From Candidatus Eiseniibacteriota bacterium (GTDB lineage: Bacteria > Eisenbacteria > RBG-16-71-46), in the NCBI GenBank assembly GCA_031366795.1, contig JANLOX010000020.1:1-29930 (forward strand): a stretch of DNA of 29,930 nucleotides, in the 5' to 3' direction. Positions 8,349 through 16,328 of the stretch are shown one piece after another (positions within the stretch are counted from its first letter, which is position 1; each line of letters opens with the position of its first letter). The position numbers and the translations under genes were made by a program. Below the pieces are notes generated by a model that was not told where the DNA came from, made no database searches, and saw nothing but the letters and a program-made list of their open reading frames with translations.

Positions 8349-11300
8349 TCAACGGTTGAGCGCGGGGAGTCCCAGGAAATTACGCATGGCGCCCTCGCAC
8401 AATTGCGGCGCGAGATCCGCGCGCGCCGGCGCCGCATAGGCGCCGTGGTGGCGTAACGCATCCTCGGTACGCGCGGTGAGCTGGTCCGCGAGCTCGGGCG
8501 TGTTGAGCGATAGCGGCGGCGGTGAGCCGAGCACCCGCGCGAGCCCACTGTTCTTGGGCGTGTTGCTGTCGAGCAGCACGAACGGCGTGCCCAACGTCGC
8601 CGCCGCGATGGTGTGATGGAATCGCCCCGACACCACCACGGCCGCGCGCGCCAGTGTTGCGAGCCACCATTCGAGGCTGTCGGCCTCGACGACTTCGACG
8701 ACCCGTGGCGCCCCGCGCTTGAGCGCCTGCGCGAACGACAGGTCGTCCGCCGCGGGTAACATGCTGGCGCCGGTGAGCACGCGCACCTGCATCCCCGCGA
8801 GCGCCATGCGCTCCGCGAAGGCGATCCATGCGCGCAGGTCGTCCTCGCGCGAGGCCACCGAGCCGGCGATCACGATCTCATCGCCCCGGCGTTCGGTTCC
8901 AGGCGCCAGGCGCCGGATCGACAGCGGCAGGCAATCGAAGCTGAGCGTGGCCGCAATGCCGGCCTGCGTCATCAGGGCATGGCTGTCGGGCTCACGGATC
9001 GCCACGAAGTCGGCGGTCGCATAGACCTTGCGGTAGAGCCGCCAGCGCTCCGAATCATTCGCGGCGGTGGCCCCTTCGGGATAGCACGAGTGATTGATCA
9101 GTTGCACGGTCTTGCCGAGGAAAGTCTTCGAGAGGTAGGCGAGATACAGCACGTTCATCACGTAGTCGTTCATGCCGTGCAGCGAGCCTTCGCCATTGAT
9201 CACCACGTGATCCGCGCCTTCGAGCTCGCGGAATACCCAGGCATTGGCGGCGCTGAAGCGGCGGAAGCAGTGGGGGTCGTCGAATTCTTCGAGCGATCGC
9301 GGCCCCGCGCTCAGGCCGTACATCCCTGTGATCGGTAGCGGCTCGACCGCGTAGCCGCGCTCGCGCAGCGTCGTGGTGATGGCGGTGCTCGTGCCGTTGC
9401 AGCCCCAGTGATACCAGTGCGTGGTGTCGTTGAGCAGCGCCACGCGGGCCGCGCGCGGCGCGCGGATGCGCTCGCGCCACGTCGTGTGAGTGGACGCTGG
9501 CCCCTTCAGCGCTCGCGCGAAGTCGGCGCCATCGCCGCTCTGGACGGCGCGCTGTTCGAGCGCTGCGTTCACCCGCTCGAACACCGGCGCCCAATCGCCC
9601 GCGCGCGGCTGGCGGAACAGCGTGAGCGAGGCGTACCATGGCGTGTCGTCTCCCGACGTCATCCAGCGCCAGTCCGCGGCCGCGGGCAACATCACCCAGG
9701 TGGGTGTTCCCACGGCGCCTGCCATATGAACGGTGGCGTTGTCGACCGAGATCACCAGGTCCAGTGCGGCGATACGCGCCGCGAGGCCGTCGAGATCCTT
9801 GAGCGCGTCGGCGTCCGCCCAGTCGTGGATCTCCATCCCGTGCTCACGCCGTGCTTCATGCAATTCCGCGGGCGTGTCGCCGTACTGGAGGTTGATGAGC
9901 TGCACGCCGGACACCTTCGCGAACGCGGCCCATGCGCCGAGCGCCAGGGATCGCGTCCGCTGCGCCAGCGGATCGCGTCCGCCGCGCCATGAGATGCCTA
10001 GCTTGAGCCCGGGGCCCAGGGCCGCGTAACGCGCGCGCCACGCCGAGACCGCCGCGGCGTCCGGCACGAGATAGTGGGGGCGCGCGGGAAAATGCTCAGC
10101 GCGAGTACGGAAGCAGCGCGGTAAGCTGCCGATCGCGATGCGGGCATCGGGGCGCGGTGCCGCGGCCGGATAGCCGGCGGCGCTCGTAAGCCGCGCGATG
10201 AACGTCGCGCGCGGAAACGAGCGCTCGAACAGCGGCACCAGCCGCGCGTCGCACTCGACGACGCAGGCGCCAGCCGCGGTAATAGCCTCCGGCAAGCATG
10301 AGGCGAACATGATCTCATCGCCGACGCCTTGTTCCGCGGTGATGAACAGCGTCTTGTCATGGAGCGGCGTGCCCGCCCACACGGGAATCGGGAAGCTCAG
10401 CTCGTTGGCACTCGGCCGCTGCAGCCGGTATTCATACTGGCGCCAGCCCTCGGCGAGATCGCCCTGCGCCAGCAGCGCCTGCGCCATGTTCCAGCGCGCC
10501 TCCGGAAAGTCGGCGCGCGCCGCCAGCGCCCGCTCGGCGTAGCCGATCGCCTCGGCGGGGCGGCCGCTGTCGAGGAACACCGTGCTCAGGTTGCACCACG
10601 CCTCGGCATGGTCGGATTGCAGCCGCACGACGCGGTCGTAGGCCGCGGCGGCTTCATCGAACTCACCGAGTGCCCGGTAGGCGTTGCCGATGCCGCATTC
10701 GATCTCGGGATTGTCGGGCCGCAGGCGCGCCGCGTGTGTGAAGGAGTCGAGCGCGCCCTGCGCGTCGCCCCGTTGCGCCTGCGACTCCGCGAGCCGCACC
10801 GCTGCTTCCACGAACTCGGGCATGTGCTGCAAGGCCAGCGCGTAGGCATCGCACGCTTCGTTGATGCGTCCCTGCGCGCGCAACCACTCGCCGAGGTTGT
10901 ACGAGGCCTCGGCGTAGTCGGGCTTGAGCTCGAGCGCGCGGGCGTAGTGTTCGCCAGCGCGCTCCGTCTCGCCGCGCTCGAGCAGCAGGTTGCCGGCGAC
11001 GTTGTGCGCTTGCGCCAGGGTAGGGTCCAGTGCGAGCGACTGGGCGATGGCGGCGTGCGCCTCGTCGCGCCGGTTCATGACGCGCAGCAGCGTCGCCAAC
11101 TGTAGGTGCGCATCGGCGTCGATCGGCGCGAGCGCGATGGCGCGCTGCGTCGACTCGAGTGCCGCGTCGAAGTGTCCCAGGTCGCGTTGCGCCGAGGCGA
11201 GGTTCAGCTGGAGCAGGGGATGGCCTGGTTCGATTTTGACCGCGGTCTGGAAGGCCAATGCAGCCTCTTCAGGGCGACCCATGGCGCGCAGTGCATTGCC

Positions 11301-11639
11301 CAGCGTGTTCAGCGCCGAGAGGTGGCGGGGGTCGAGCTTGAGTGCGGCGCGCGCCGAGCTTACCGCGGCCTCGTTCTGCCCGGTGTTCTGCAGCGCGACG
11401 GCGAGATCGGCGTGGCATTGCGCCGCCGAGGGGTGCAGCGCCAGCGCCCGCTGCAGTAGCGGGATCGCCTCGGCGTCACGCCCGGTCTGCAGCGCGATGC
11501 GCGCCAGCGCGTGGAGGGAGTCCGGCTGCTCCGGGTTGCGCGCGAGAATTTCGCGGAACAGCACTTCCGCGCGCGCGATATCGCCGGCCTTCAAGCGGTC
11601 GCGCGCCTGGGTGAGGGCTGCGTCCGGGGGCTCAACCAT
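8349..11639 (-). CDS. TPR-repeat protein fused to a GT9-like (GT-B) glycosyltransferase and a polysaccharide pyruvyl transferase-like domain
   Basis: Roughly 11 TPR repeats in the N-terminal ~400 aa. GT9-like motifs AEQGVGDEIMF, GISWRGG, INLQYG, LDLVISVDNATVHMAGAVG. C-terminal LLNDT..YHWGC, VVINGEGSLH, VAIREPDS and VSGRFHH...AATLGTPF match the pyruvyl-transferase family. No signal peptide. Confidence 0.85.
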   Translation of the reverse strand: MVEPPDAALTQARDRLKAGDIARAEVLFREILARNPEQPDSLHALARIALQTGRDAEAIPLLQRALALHPSAAQCHADLAVALQNTGQNEAAVSSARAALKLDPRHLSALNTLGNALRAMGRPEEAALAFQTAVKIEPGHPLLQLNLASAQRDLGHFDAALESTQRAIALAPIDADAHLQLATLLRVMNRRDEAHAAIAQSLALDPTLAQAHNVAGNLLLERGETERAGEHYARALELKPDYAEASYNLGEWLRAQGRINEACDAYALALQHMPEFVEAAVRLAESQAQRGDAQGALDSFTHAARLRPDNPEIECGIGNAYRALGEFDEAAAAYDRVVRLQSDHAEAWCNLSTVFLDSGRPAEAIGYAERALAARADFPEARWNMAQALLAQGDLAEGWRQYEYRLQRPSANELSFPIPVWAGTPLHDKTLFITAEQGVGDEIMFASCLPEAITAAGACVVECDARLVPLFERSFPRATFIARLTSAAGYPAAAPRPDARIAIGSLPRCFRTRAEHFPARPHYLVPDAAAVSAWRARYAALGPGLKLGISWRGGRDPLAQRTRSLALGAWAAFAKVSGVQLINLQYGDTPAELHEARREHGMEIHDWADADALKDLDGLAARIAALDLVISVDNATVHMAGAVGTPTWVMLPAAADWRWMTSGDDTPWYASLTLFRQPRAGDWAPVFERVNAALEQRAVQSGDGADFARALKGPASTHTTWRERIRAPRAARVALLNDTTHWYHWGCNGTSTAITTTLRERGYAVEPLPITGMYGLSAGPRSLEEFDDPHCFRRFSAANAWVFRELEGADHVVINGEGSLHGMNDYVMNVLYLAYLSKTFLGKTVQLINHSCYPEGATAANDSERWRLYRKVYATADFVAIREPDSHALMTQAGIAATLSFDCLPLSIRRLAPGTERRGDEIVIAGSVASREDDLRAWIAFAERMALAGMQVRVLTGASMLPAADDLSFAQALKRGAPRVVEVVEADSLEWWLATLARAAVVVSGRFHHTIAAATLGTPFVLLDSNTPKNSGLARVLGSPPPLSLNTPELADQLTARTEDALRHHGAYAAPARADLAPQLCEGAMRNFLGLPALNR

Positions 11640-11772
11640 GGTGGGCTTTGGCGCGCGGGGGAGTCATGAACCGGAGTATGCCACCGCGCCATGAGCGGGC
11701 CAACGCTGGAAGCGGCGTGGAAGCGGCGTACAGGACCCGAGGCGGGGCAGGCCGCCCGCGATATTTCCGGCC

Positions 11773-11801
11773 TTGACCCGCTACGCGCCTCCCGTAAGAC
11801 T
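11773..11801 (+). promoter_or_regulatory. Possible sigma70-type promoter for the TonB-dependent receptor
   Basis: TTGACC at 11773-11778, then TAAGACT at 11795-11801 (16-17 bp spacing), in the divergent intergenic gap. AAAGGA RBS at 11831-11836. The -10 match is imperfect. Confidence 0.3.
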
Positions 11802-11842
11802 GCGCAGCATTCACGAAGCGTCACCAACCCAAAGGACCGCTG

Positions 11843-14245
11843 ATGTGGGAAGGCTTGGCCGCGTTGTGCCTATCGCTATCGCAGGTGTCGTCACCCGCGG
11901 CCGTGGCGGCTCCTGATTCCAATGTCAGCGAGCGCATCGTGCGCCGCTTCGACCCGATCGTGGTCGAGGGCGGACGCCGCGCCGATCCCAGTTCGATCGA
12001 GACGGTATACACGTTGCCCGCCCGCTCCCTTCGCGCACTGCCGCTGGACCGTTTCGCGGATGCGATCGCGCTCGAGGCCGGAGTCGTGGCGCAGGGCGAG
12101 GACCTCCACGTGCGTGGCGGGCGCAGCGGCGAGTTGCGCGTCTCCGCGTGGGGCATGCCGCTCAACGATCCACAGACGGGCGCCGCATTCGAGTTGCCGC
12201 TGCTCGCGGTGCGCTCGGCCGACCTGCTGGCGGGCGGGCTCGATGCGGACCATGCGGGTTCGCTGTCCGGCGAACTCGACGTGCAGACTGAAGTGCCCGG
12301 TGACCATGTGCAGGGGCTCGCGCGTTGGTCGACAGACGGCCGCGTGTCGCGAGGCTATGACGCGGGACTCGCGCGGCTGACAGGGCCGCTCGCGCATGGC
12401 ATCGGCTTCGCGATGGCGGGCGAAGCCCGGCTCGATGACTTAGGGTTGCCGGTGACGCGGACGCTCTCGCGGCGCGAAGTACTGGGTGCCAATTTCGGAT
12501 GGCGGCAGGACAATCACCTGCTCGCGTGGCTCAAGCTGGCACCGGTCGAGGCGCCCCAGCGAGCTTCCGTCGAGGTGTTCGCGAGCCGCGCGGTGCGCGC
12601 CCCCTACAACCCGATGTTCACCTACGACGCTTACGTCACGCCGACGGGTGCATCGGATTCCGCGTTCCCGTTCACGCTGACGCCCGAGCCCGTCGACGAG
12701 ACTTCGGTGCGCTATCGCGCCGCGGATCATCTCGTGATGTCGGATGAGCGGCGGCTGGCGGTGCTCGCGACGCGGAGTGTGCTGACGCGCGCGGGACCGG
12801 CGCGCGCGACGCTCGGCTGGCTTCATGGCAGCAGTCTCACCAGCATCGGCCTGCGCGACGACTCGAACTACATCAACGACAACAACCGCCTTGAGTGGGG
12901 ACTGCCGCACGACGCGGATTCAGATCCGTTCTCGGCCTACTTCGGCGACCAACCCTACTTTCGCCGCAGCCGCAACGACCGCTGGTTCGGCCGCGGCGAC
13001 TTGAGCGCTACGCCCGCGCCGCACCAGCGGGTGAAGGTGGGCTTGGGGATGAACTACGATGCTGTCGAGCTGCGCGAGATCGATGACGTGTTTCCTTCCG
13101 GTGTGGGGTTCGACTCGCTGCGCACCTATCACGCGGTGGCACCCGGTGGCTTCGCCTACGCCCAGCACCGCTGGGAGCTCGGCGGCCTCATCTGGAACGC
13201 AGGGATGCGGTTGCAGATGTTCAACGCCGGATCGCAGGCCGATGGCCACCACACGATCTGGACGTGGTCGCCGCGCCTGGGCTTTGCCTATCCGGTCTCC
13301 GTCAAGGACGCCTTCTCGGCATCATATTCGCGCGTGCACCAGGATCCCGAGCGCGACCTGCTCTATGACCAGCGGCGCGTGGGATTCAACCGTCACCCGA
13401 TGGGCAACGGCGCCTTGATTCCCGCGGAGGTGATCTCGTACCAGGCGGCCGTGAAGCATATTCTCGATGTCGCCTGGAGCCTGCAGTTGGGTGTGTTCTA
13501 CCGAGATGTGTTCGGTGAGCCGGGCGCGCGGCGCGCGGTGAGCCCTCCCGGAACCTTCCGGCTCGAGTACCAGAGTGCTGACGAATCGCACGCCGGTGGC
13601 GTCGAGTTCGCGGTGCGTCGCGAGAGCGAGAGTGGCCAGCGAGTGACGCTCGGGTACACGTTCATGGATGCCTACGGCTCGCAGTCGAGCCCCGATGGAC
13701 TGGATTTCGGCTACGCGGTGGGCGACCGCACGTTGCCGGATGGGACGCACGCGCTGGATTGGGACGTGCGCCACGCGGTGACGTTCACCGCGCTGCTGCA
13801 TGCGCACCGCGAGTGGTCGTTGTCGTGGAGCACGCGAGCGGCCTCGGGAACACCGTGGACGCCGGTGCCGCACGCCACGGGCGCCTCACCGCCACCGTTT
13901 ACCGATCAAACGCTCGTCAACAGCCGGCGCCTGCCGTGGAGCGAGAACACCGATGTCGCCGTGCGTTGGAGCCCGAAGTTCCTGTTTGGCGCCAAGGCAT
14001 TGCTCCACGTGGCGAACCTGTTCGATCAGCGTGGCGACAATGCCGCGACGATCAGCGGCTACCCGAATCCCTCGATCAACACCTTCGCCGACCAGTACTC
14101 GGCGTATCGCACCGAGACGGGCCTGGGAGGCGGCGCCTACTGGGATCCTTCCGTAGGCAATCCCGGCGGCTGGATCCCCGTCCATGATGCGCGGCTCGAG
14201 ACGCCGCGGCGTTCGATTCGCGTCGGGCTCGAGTATGGGCGCTGA
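11843..14245 (+). CDS. TonB-dependent outer-membrane receptor
   Basis: Signal peptide; TonB-box-like PIVVEG; plug motifs LHVRGGRSGE and LLAGGLDADHAGSLSG; barrel motifs WSPRLGFAYPV, LDWDVRH, NLFD; C-terminal PRRSIRVGLEY. Confidence 0.85.
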   Translation: MWEGLAALCLSLSQVSSPAAVAAPDSNVSERIVRRFDPIVVEGGRRADPSSIETVYTLPARSLRALPLDRFADAIALEAGVVAQGEDLHVRGGRSGELRVSAWGMPLNDPQTGAAFELPLLAVRSADLLAGGLDADHAGSLSGELDVQTEVPGDHVQGLARWSTDGRVSRGYDAGLARLTGPLAHGIGFAMAGEARLDDLGLPVTRTLSRREVLGANFGWRQDNHLLAWLKLAPVEAPQRASVEVFASRAVRAPYNPMFTYDAYVTPTGASDSAFPFTLTPEPVDETSVRYRAADHLVMSDERRLAVLATRSVLTRAGPARATLGWLHGSSLTSIGLRDDSNYINDNNRLEWGLPHDADSDPFSAYFGDQPYFRRSRNDRWFGRGDLSATPAPHQRVKVGLGMNYDAVELREIDDVFPSGVGFDSLRTYHAVAPGGFAYAQHRWELGGLIWNAGMRLQMFNAGSQADGHHTIWTWSPRLGFAYPVSVKDAFSASYSRVHQDPERDLLYDQRRVGFNRHPMGNGALIPAEVISYQAAVKHILDVAWSLQLGVFYRDVFGEPGARRAVSPPGTFRLEYQSADESHAGGVEFAVRRESESGQRVTLGYTFMDAYGSQSSPDGLDFGYAVGDRTLPDGTHALDWDVRHAVTFTALLHAHREWSLSWSTRAASGTPWTPVPHATGASPPPFTDQTLVNSRRLPWSENTDVAVRWSPKFLFGAKALLHVANLFDQRGDNAATISGYPNPSINTFADQYSAYRTETGLGGGAYWDPSVGNPGGWIPVHDARLETPRRSIRVGLEYGR

Positions 14246-16013
14246 GGCGAGCGGCCTGGCGGGGCGTCGGGCCGCTGCGCGGGGTGTCGGCGTGAAGCAC
14301 GCGGGGCAGGCCGCAGGACGTGACGCCGGCGTGAAGCGCGGCGGGCCAGCTCCCGACGCGACAGTCGCTGTGGGATGGAACGTGTGGCTCGTGCTCGGAG
14401 CACTCCCTGCCGCGCTGCTGCTTGCGCCGCCGTTATCAAACTACTTCTGGGCGCTCAATGGCTTCCGCTCGGTTGGCGTCCCGGCGCGATTGGGACTGCT
14501 CGCCGTTGCCGCGGTGCTCGGCGTCATCGCGCGAGGCCGCTCGGACTCGCGCGTGCGATGGCTGGGGATCGGCGCATGCATCGCGATCGCGCTCGCGCTC
14601 GGCGTTTCCGAGCGCGTCCACCTGCTCGGGGATACGGACCTGCGCATTCGGGCGATCGCCTCGTTCGATGCCGGCCGCTTCGGGATGGACCTCGGCGAGT
14701 GGGCGCGCCAGATCCACGCTCAGCCGTTCGATCTCGTGGTCAATTGCCTGCTGCCCGTTGCGTGGGTGCGCGCGGGACACACCGTGATCCAGTCGGTGCA
14801 GCTCGCTTCGCTGCTGCAGGGGTTCGCGTTCGTGTGGGTGATCTGGCAGGTGAGCGCGCGCCTCGCGCCGCCGGCCGGCGCGCGCGTGCTTGTGTGCCTC
14901 GCGTTGGCAATGTCCGGCGTGCTCGAGGCGTTTGCCGGCTACGCCGAATCGGCGGGTGTCGTGCTGGTCGCGGGAGCGTGGTGGTGGTGCGAGATGCTGG
15001 CGCCGCTTGATCGGCGTTCGCGCGTCGTCCGGCTGGCGGGCGCGTGGCTGCTGTTCCTGTTGTTCCATCGCGTGGCGTTGGTGCTCGTGCCTGTGATGCT
15101 CGTGCGGGGAATGCGCCGGCATCACCCGCAGGACACCGACGCGGCGCGGCGCGAGTCGCTCGTCGCGACCGCCTTCGCCGTCCTGCTCGGCGTGGTGATC
15201 CTCGCGTTCGCATCGAGCGGCGGGCGCCTGGGTGGCGATTTCGCCGATCTCTTCGCAGTCCTGTCGGGTTGGCTGCGCGGCCGGCGCGTGCCCGCGCTAT
15301 CGGATGTGCTCAATCTGCTGGTGCTGGTGGCCCCCGTCGCGTGGGTCGCGCTCGCGACGTTGCGTGACCCTTCGCGGAATGCGCGCGATACCGCGGGGCG
15401 CGGTTGGCTCTATGGCGTGGCGTTGGTGTCGTTGTTCCCGATGATCCTCGCCCTGCTCACCGGCCCGCATGAACTGGGCGGGCATCGCGATTGGGATACT
15501 TCCGTGCTGTTCGGCTGGACGCTCTCACTCGCCGCCGTGGACTTCATCCTGCGGCTGCCCGCGGGACGAGCGCGCGCGGTGCTCGCGGCGGCAGTGCCGG
15601 TGCTGGCGCTGGTCGCTGGCGGCTGGGTCGCAGTCAACGCCAACGCCGCCGCTGTCGGGGCGCGGGCCGAAGCGCTCGCATCGCAACCGCCCCGGATGGA
15701 AGACGAAGCGCGCAGCATGCTCGAGGTATTTTTGGGGGACCGCGCGATGAGCCAGCGCGACGCGATCCGTGCAGCACCACACTTCGAACGCGCCTACGCG
15801 CTGGCGCCGAACCCGCGGTTGTTGCTGCTGGCGACCGAAGCGCGAGCCCGTGCGGGTGACTTCGCCGCGGCACGCGTGGACCTTGCGAAAGCCTGGGGCT
15901 CGGGCCTGTTGAACACGCGCAACCAGGAGTCCGCGCGCACGCTCGGCACCATGATCGATGCGATGGAGCGGGAAGCGCGCGGGGGAGTGCGGGATAGTGT
16001 GGGAATGAATTGA
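14235..16013 (+). CDS. Polytopic membrane protein, putative GT-C-fold glycosyltransferase with a C-terminal TPR-like segment
   Basis: About 12 hydrophobic segments, an acidic loop motif HLLGDTDLR after the early TMs, FAGYAES, HRDWD, and a C-terminal HFERAYALAPN TPR-like repeat. The start is uncertain (ATG 14235 overlapping the receptor gene, or later GTGs). The function is inferred. Confidence 0.6.
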   Translation: MGAEASGLAGRRAAARGVGVKHAGQAAGRDAGVKRGGPAPDATVAVGWNVWLVLGALPAALLLAPPLSNYFWALNGFRSVGVPARLGLLAVAAVLGVIARGRSDSRVRWLGIGACIAIALALGVSERVHLLGDTDLRIRAIASFDAGRFGMDLGEWARQIHAQPFDLVVNCLLPVAWVRAGHTVIQSVQLASLLQGFAFVWVIWQVSARLAPPAGARVLVCLALAMSGVLEAFAGYAESAGVVLVAGAWWWCEMLAPLDRRSRVVRLAGAWLLFLLFHRVALVLVPVMLVRGMRRHHPQDTDAARRESLVATAFAVLLGVVILAFASSGGRLGGDFADLFAVLSGWLRGRRVPALSDVLNLLVLVAPVAWVALATLRDPSRNARDTAGRGWLYGVALVSLFPMILALLTGPHELGGHRDWDTSVLFGWTLSLAAVDFILRLPAGRARAVLAAAVPVLALVAGGWVAVNANAAAVGARAEALASQPPRMEDEARSMLEVFLGDRAMSQRDAIRAAPHFERAYALAPNPRLLLLATEARARAGDFAAARVDLAKAWGSGLLNTRNQESARTLGTMIDAMEREARGGVRDSVGMN

Positions 16014-16136
16014 AGCGCTACGGAGCCTTCGATTTGAAGCCTTTTGGCGTGGACATCGTGAACAACTGGCTGATCCTGAAGAAGGGCGATCCCCTCAGGG
16101 CGATGTCTCAGGCCCTATTGCTCCCCAGCGACTCTC

Positions 16137-16185
16137 GCGTTTAGTTGCACGCAACAGGCCCCGCCTGTTACGTGTGCCTAAACGC
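16137..16185. other. Imperfect long hairpin between convergent genes (possible terminator or RNA stability element)
   Basis: GCGTTTAG (16137-16144) pairs with CTAAACGC (16178-16185). The inner AACAGGC (16153-16159) pairs with GCCTGTT (16163-16169). No clear U-tract. Confidence 0.5.
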
Positions 16186-16211
16186 TCGACCCGTCGCCGT
16201 CCCATTTGGCA

Positions 16212-16312
16212 ACGAACTGTCCGCGCAGACAGTCGGTGAGTCCCCGTGCGCGGACAGATGATGCTGGAGTGTCCGCACGGACACTTGCTGATCACCAGCG
16301 CGGACAGTTCGT
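16212..16312. repeat. 101-bp element bounded by perfect 15-bp inverted repeats, with internal TGTCCG/CGGACA palindromic units (REP/MITE-like)
   Basis: ACGAACTGTCCGCGC (16212-16226) is the exact reverse complement of GCGCGGACAGTTCGT (16298-16312). Internal units: GCGCGGACAG (16248-16257) and AGTGTCCGCACGGACACT (16268-16285). Confidence 0.7.
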
Positions 16313-16328
16313 CTCAAGTTGTCCGCCG

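Noticed and set aside
16137..16185. Hairpin as an integron attC site
   Set aside because: The ends read GTTTAG...CTAAAC, not RYYYAAC...GTTRRRY, and there is no integrase or cassette array.
16212..16326. CRISPR array
   Set aside because: The units are short, inverted and irregularly spaced, with no repeat-spacer periodicity and no cas genes.
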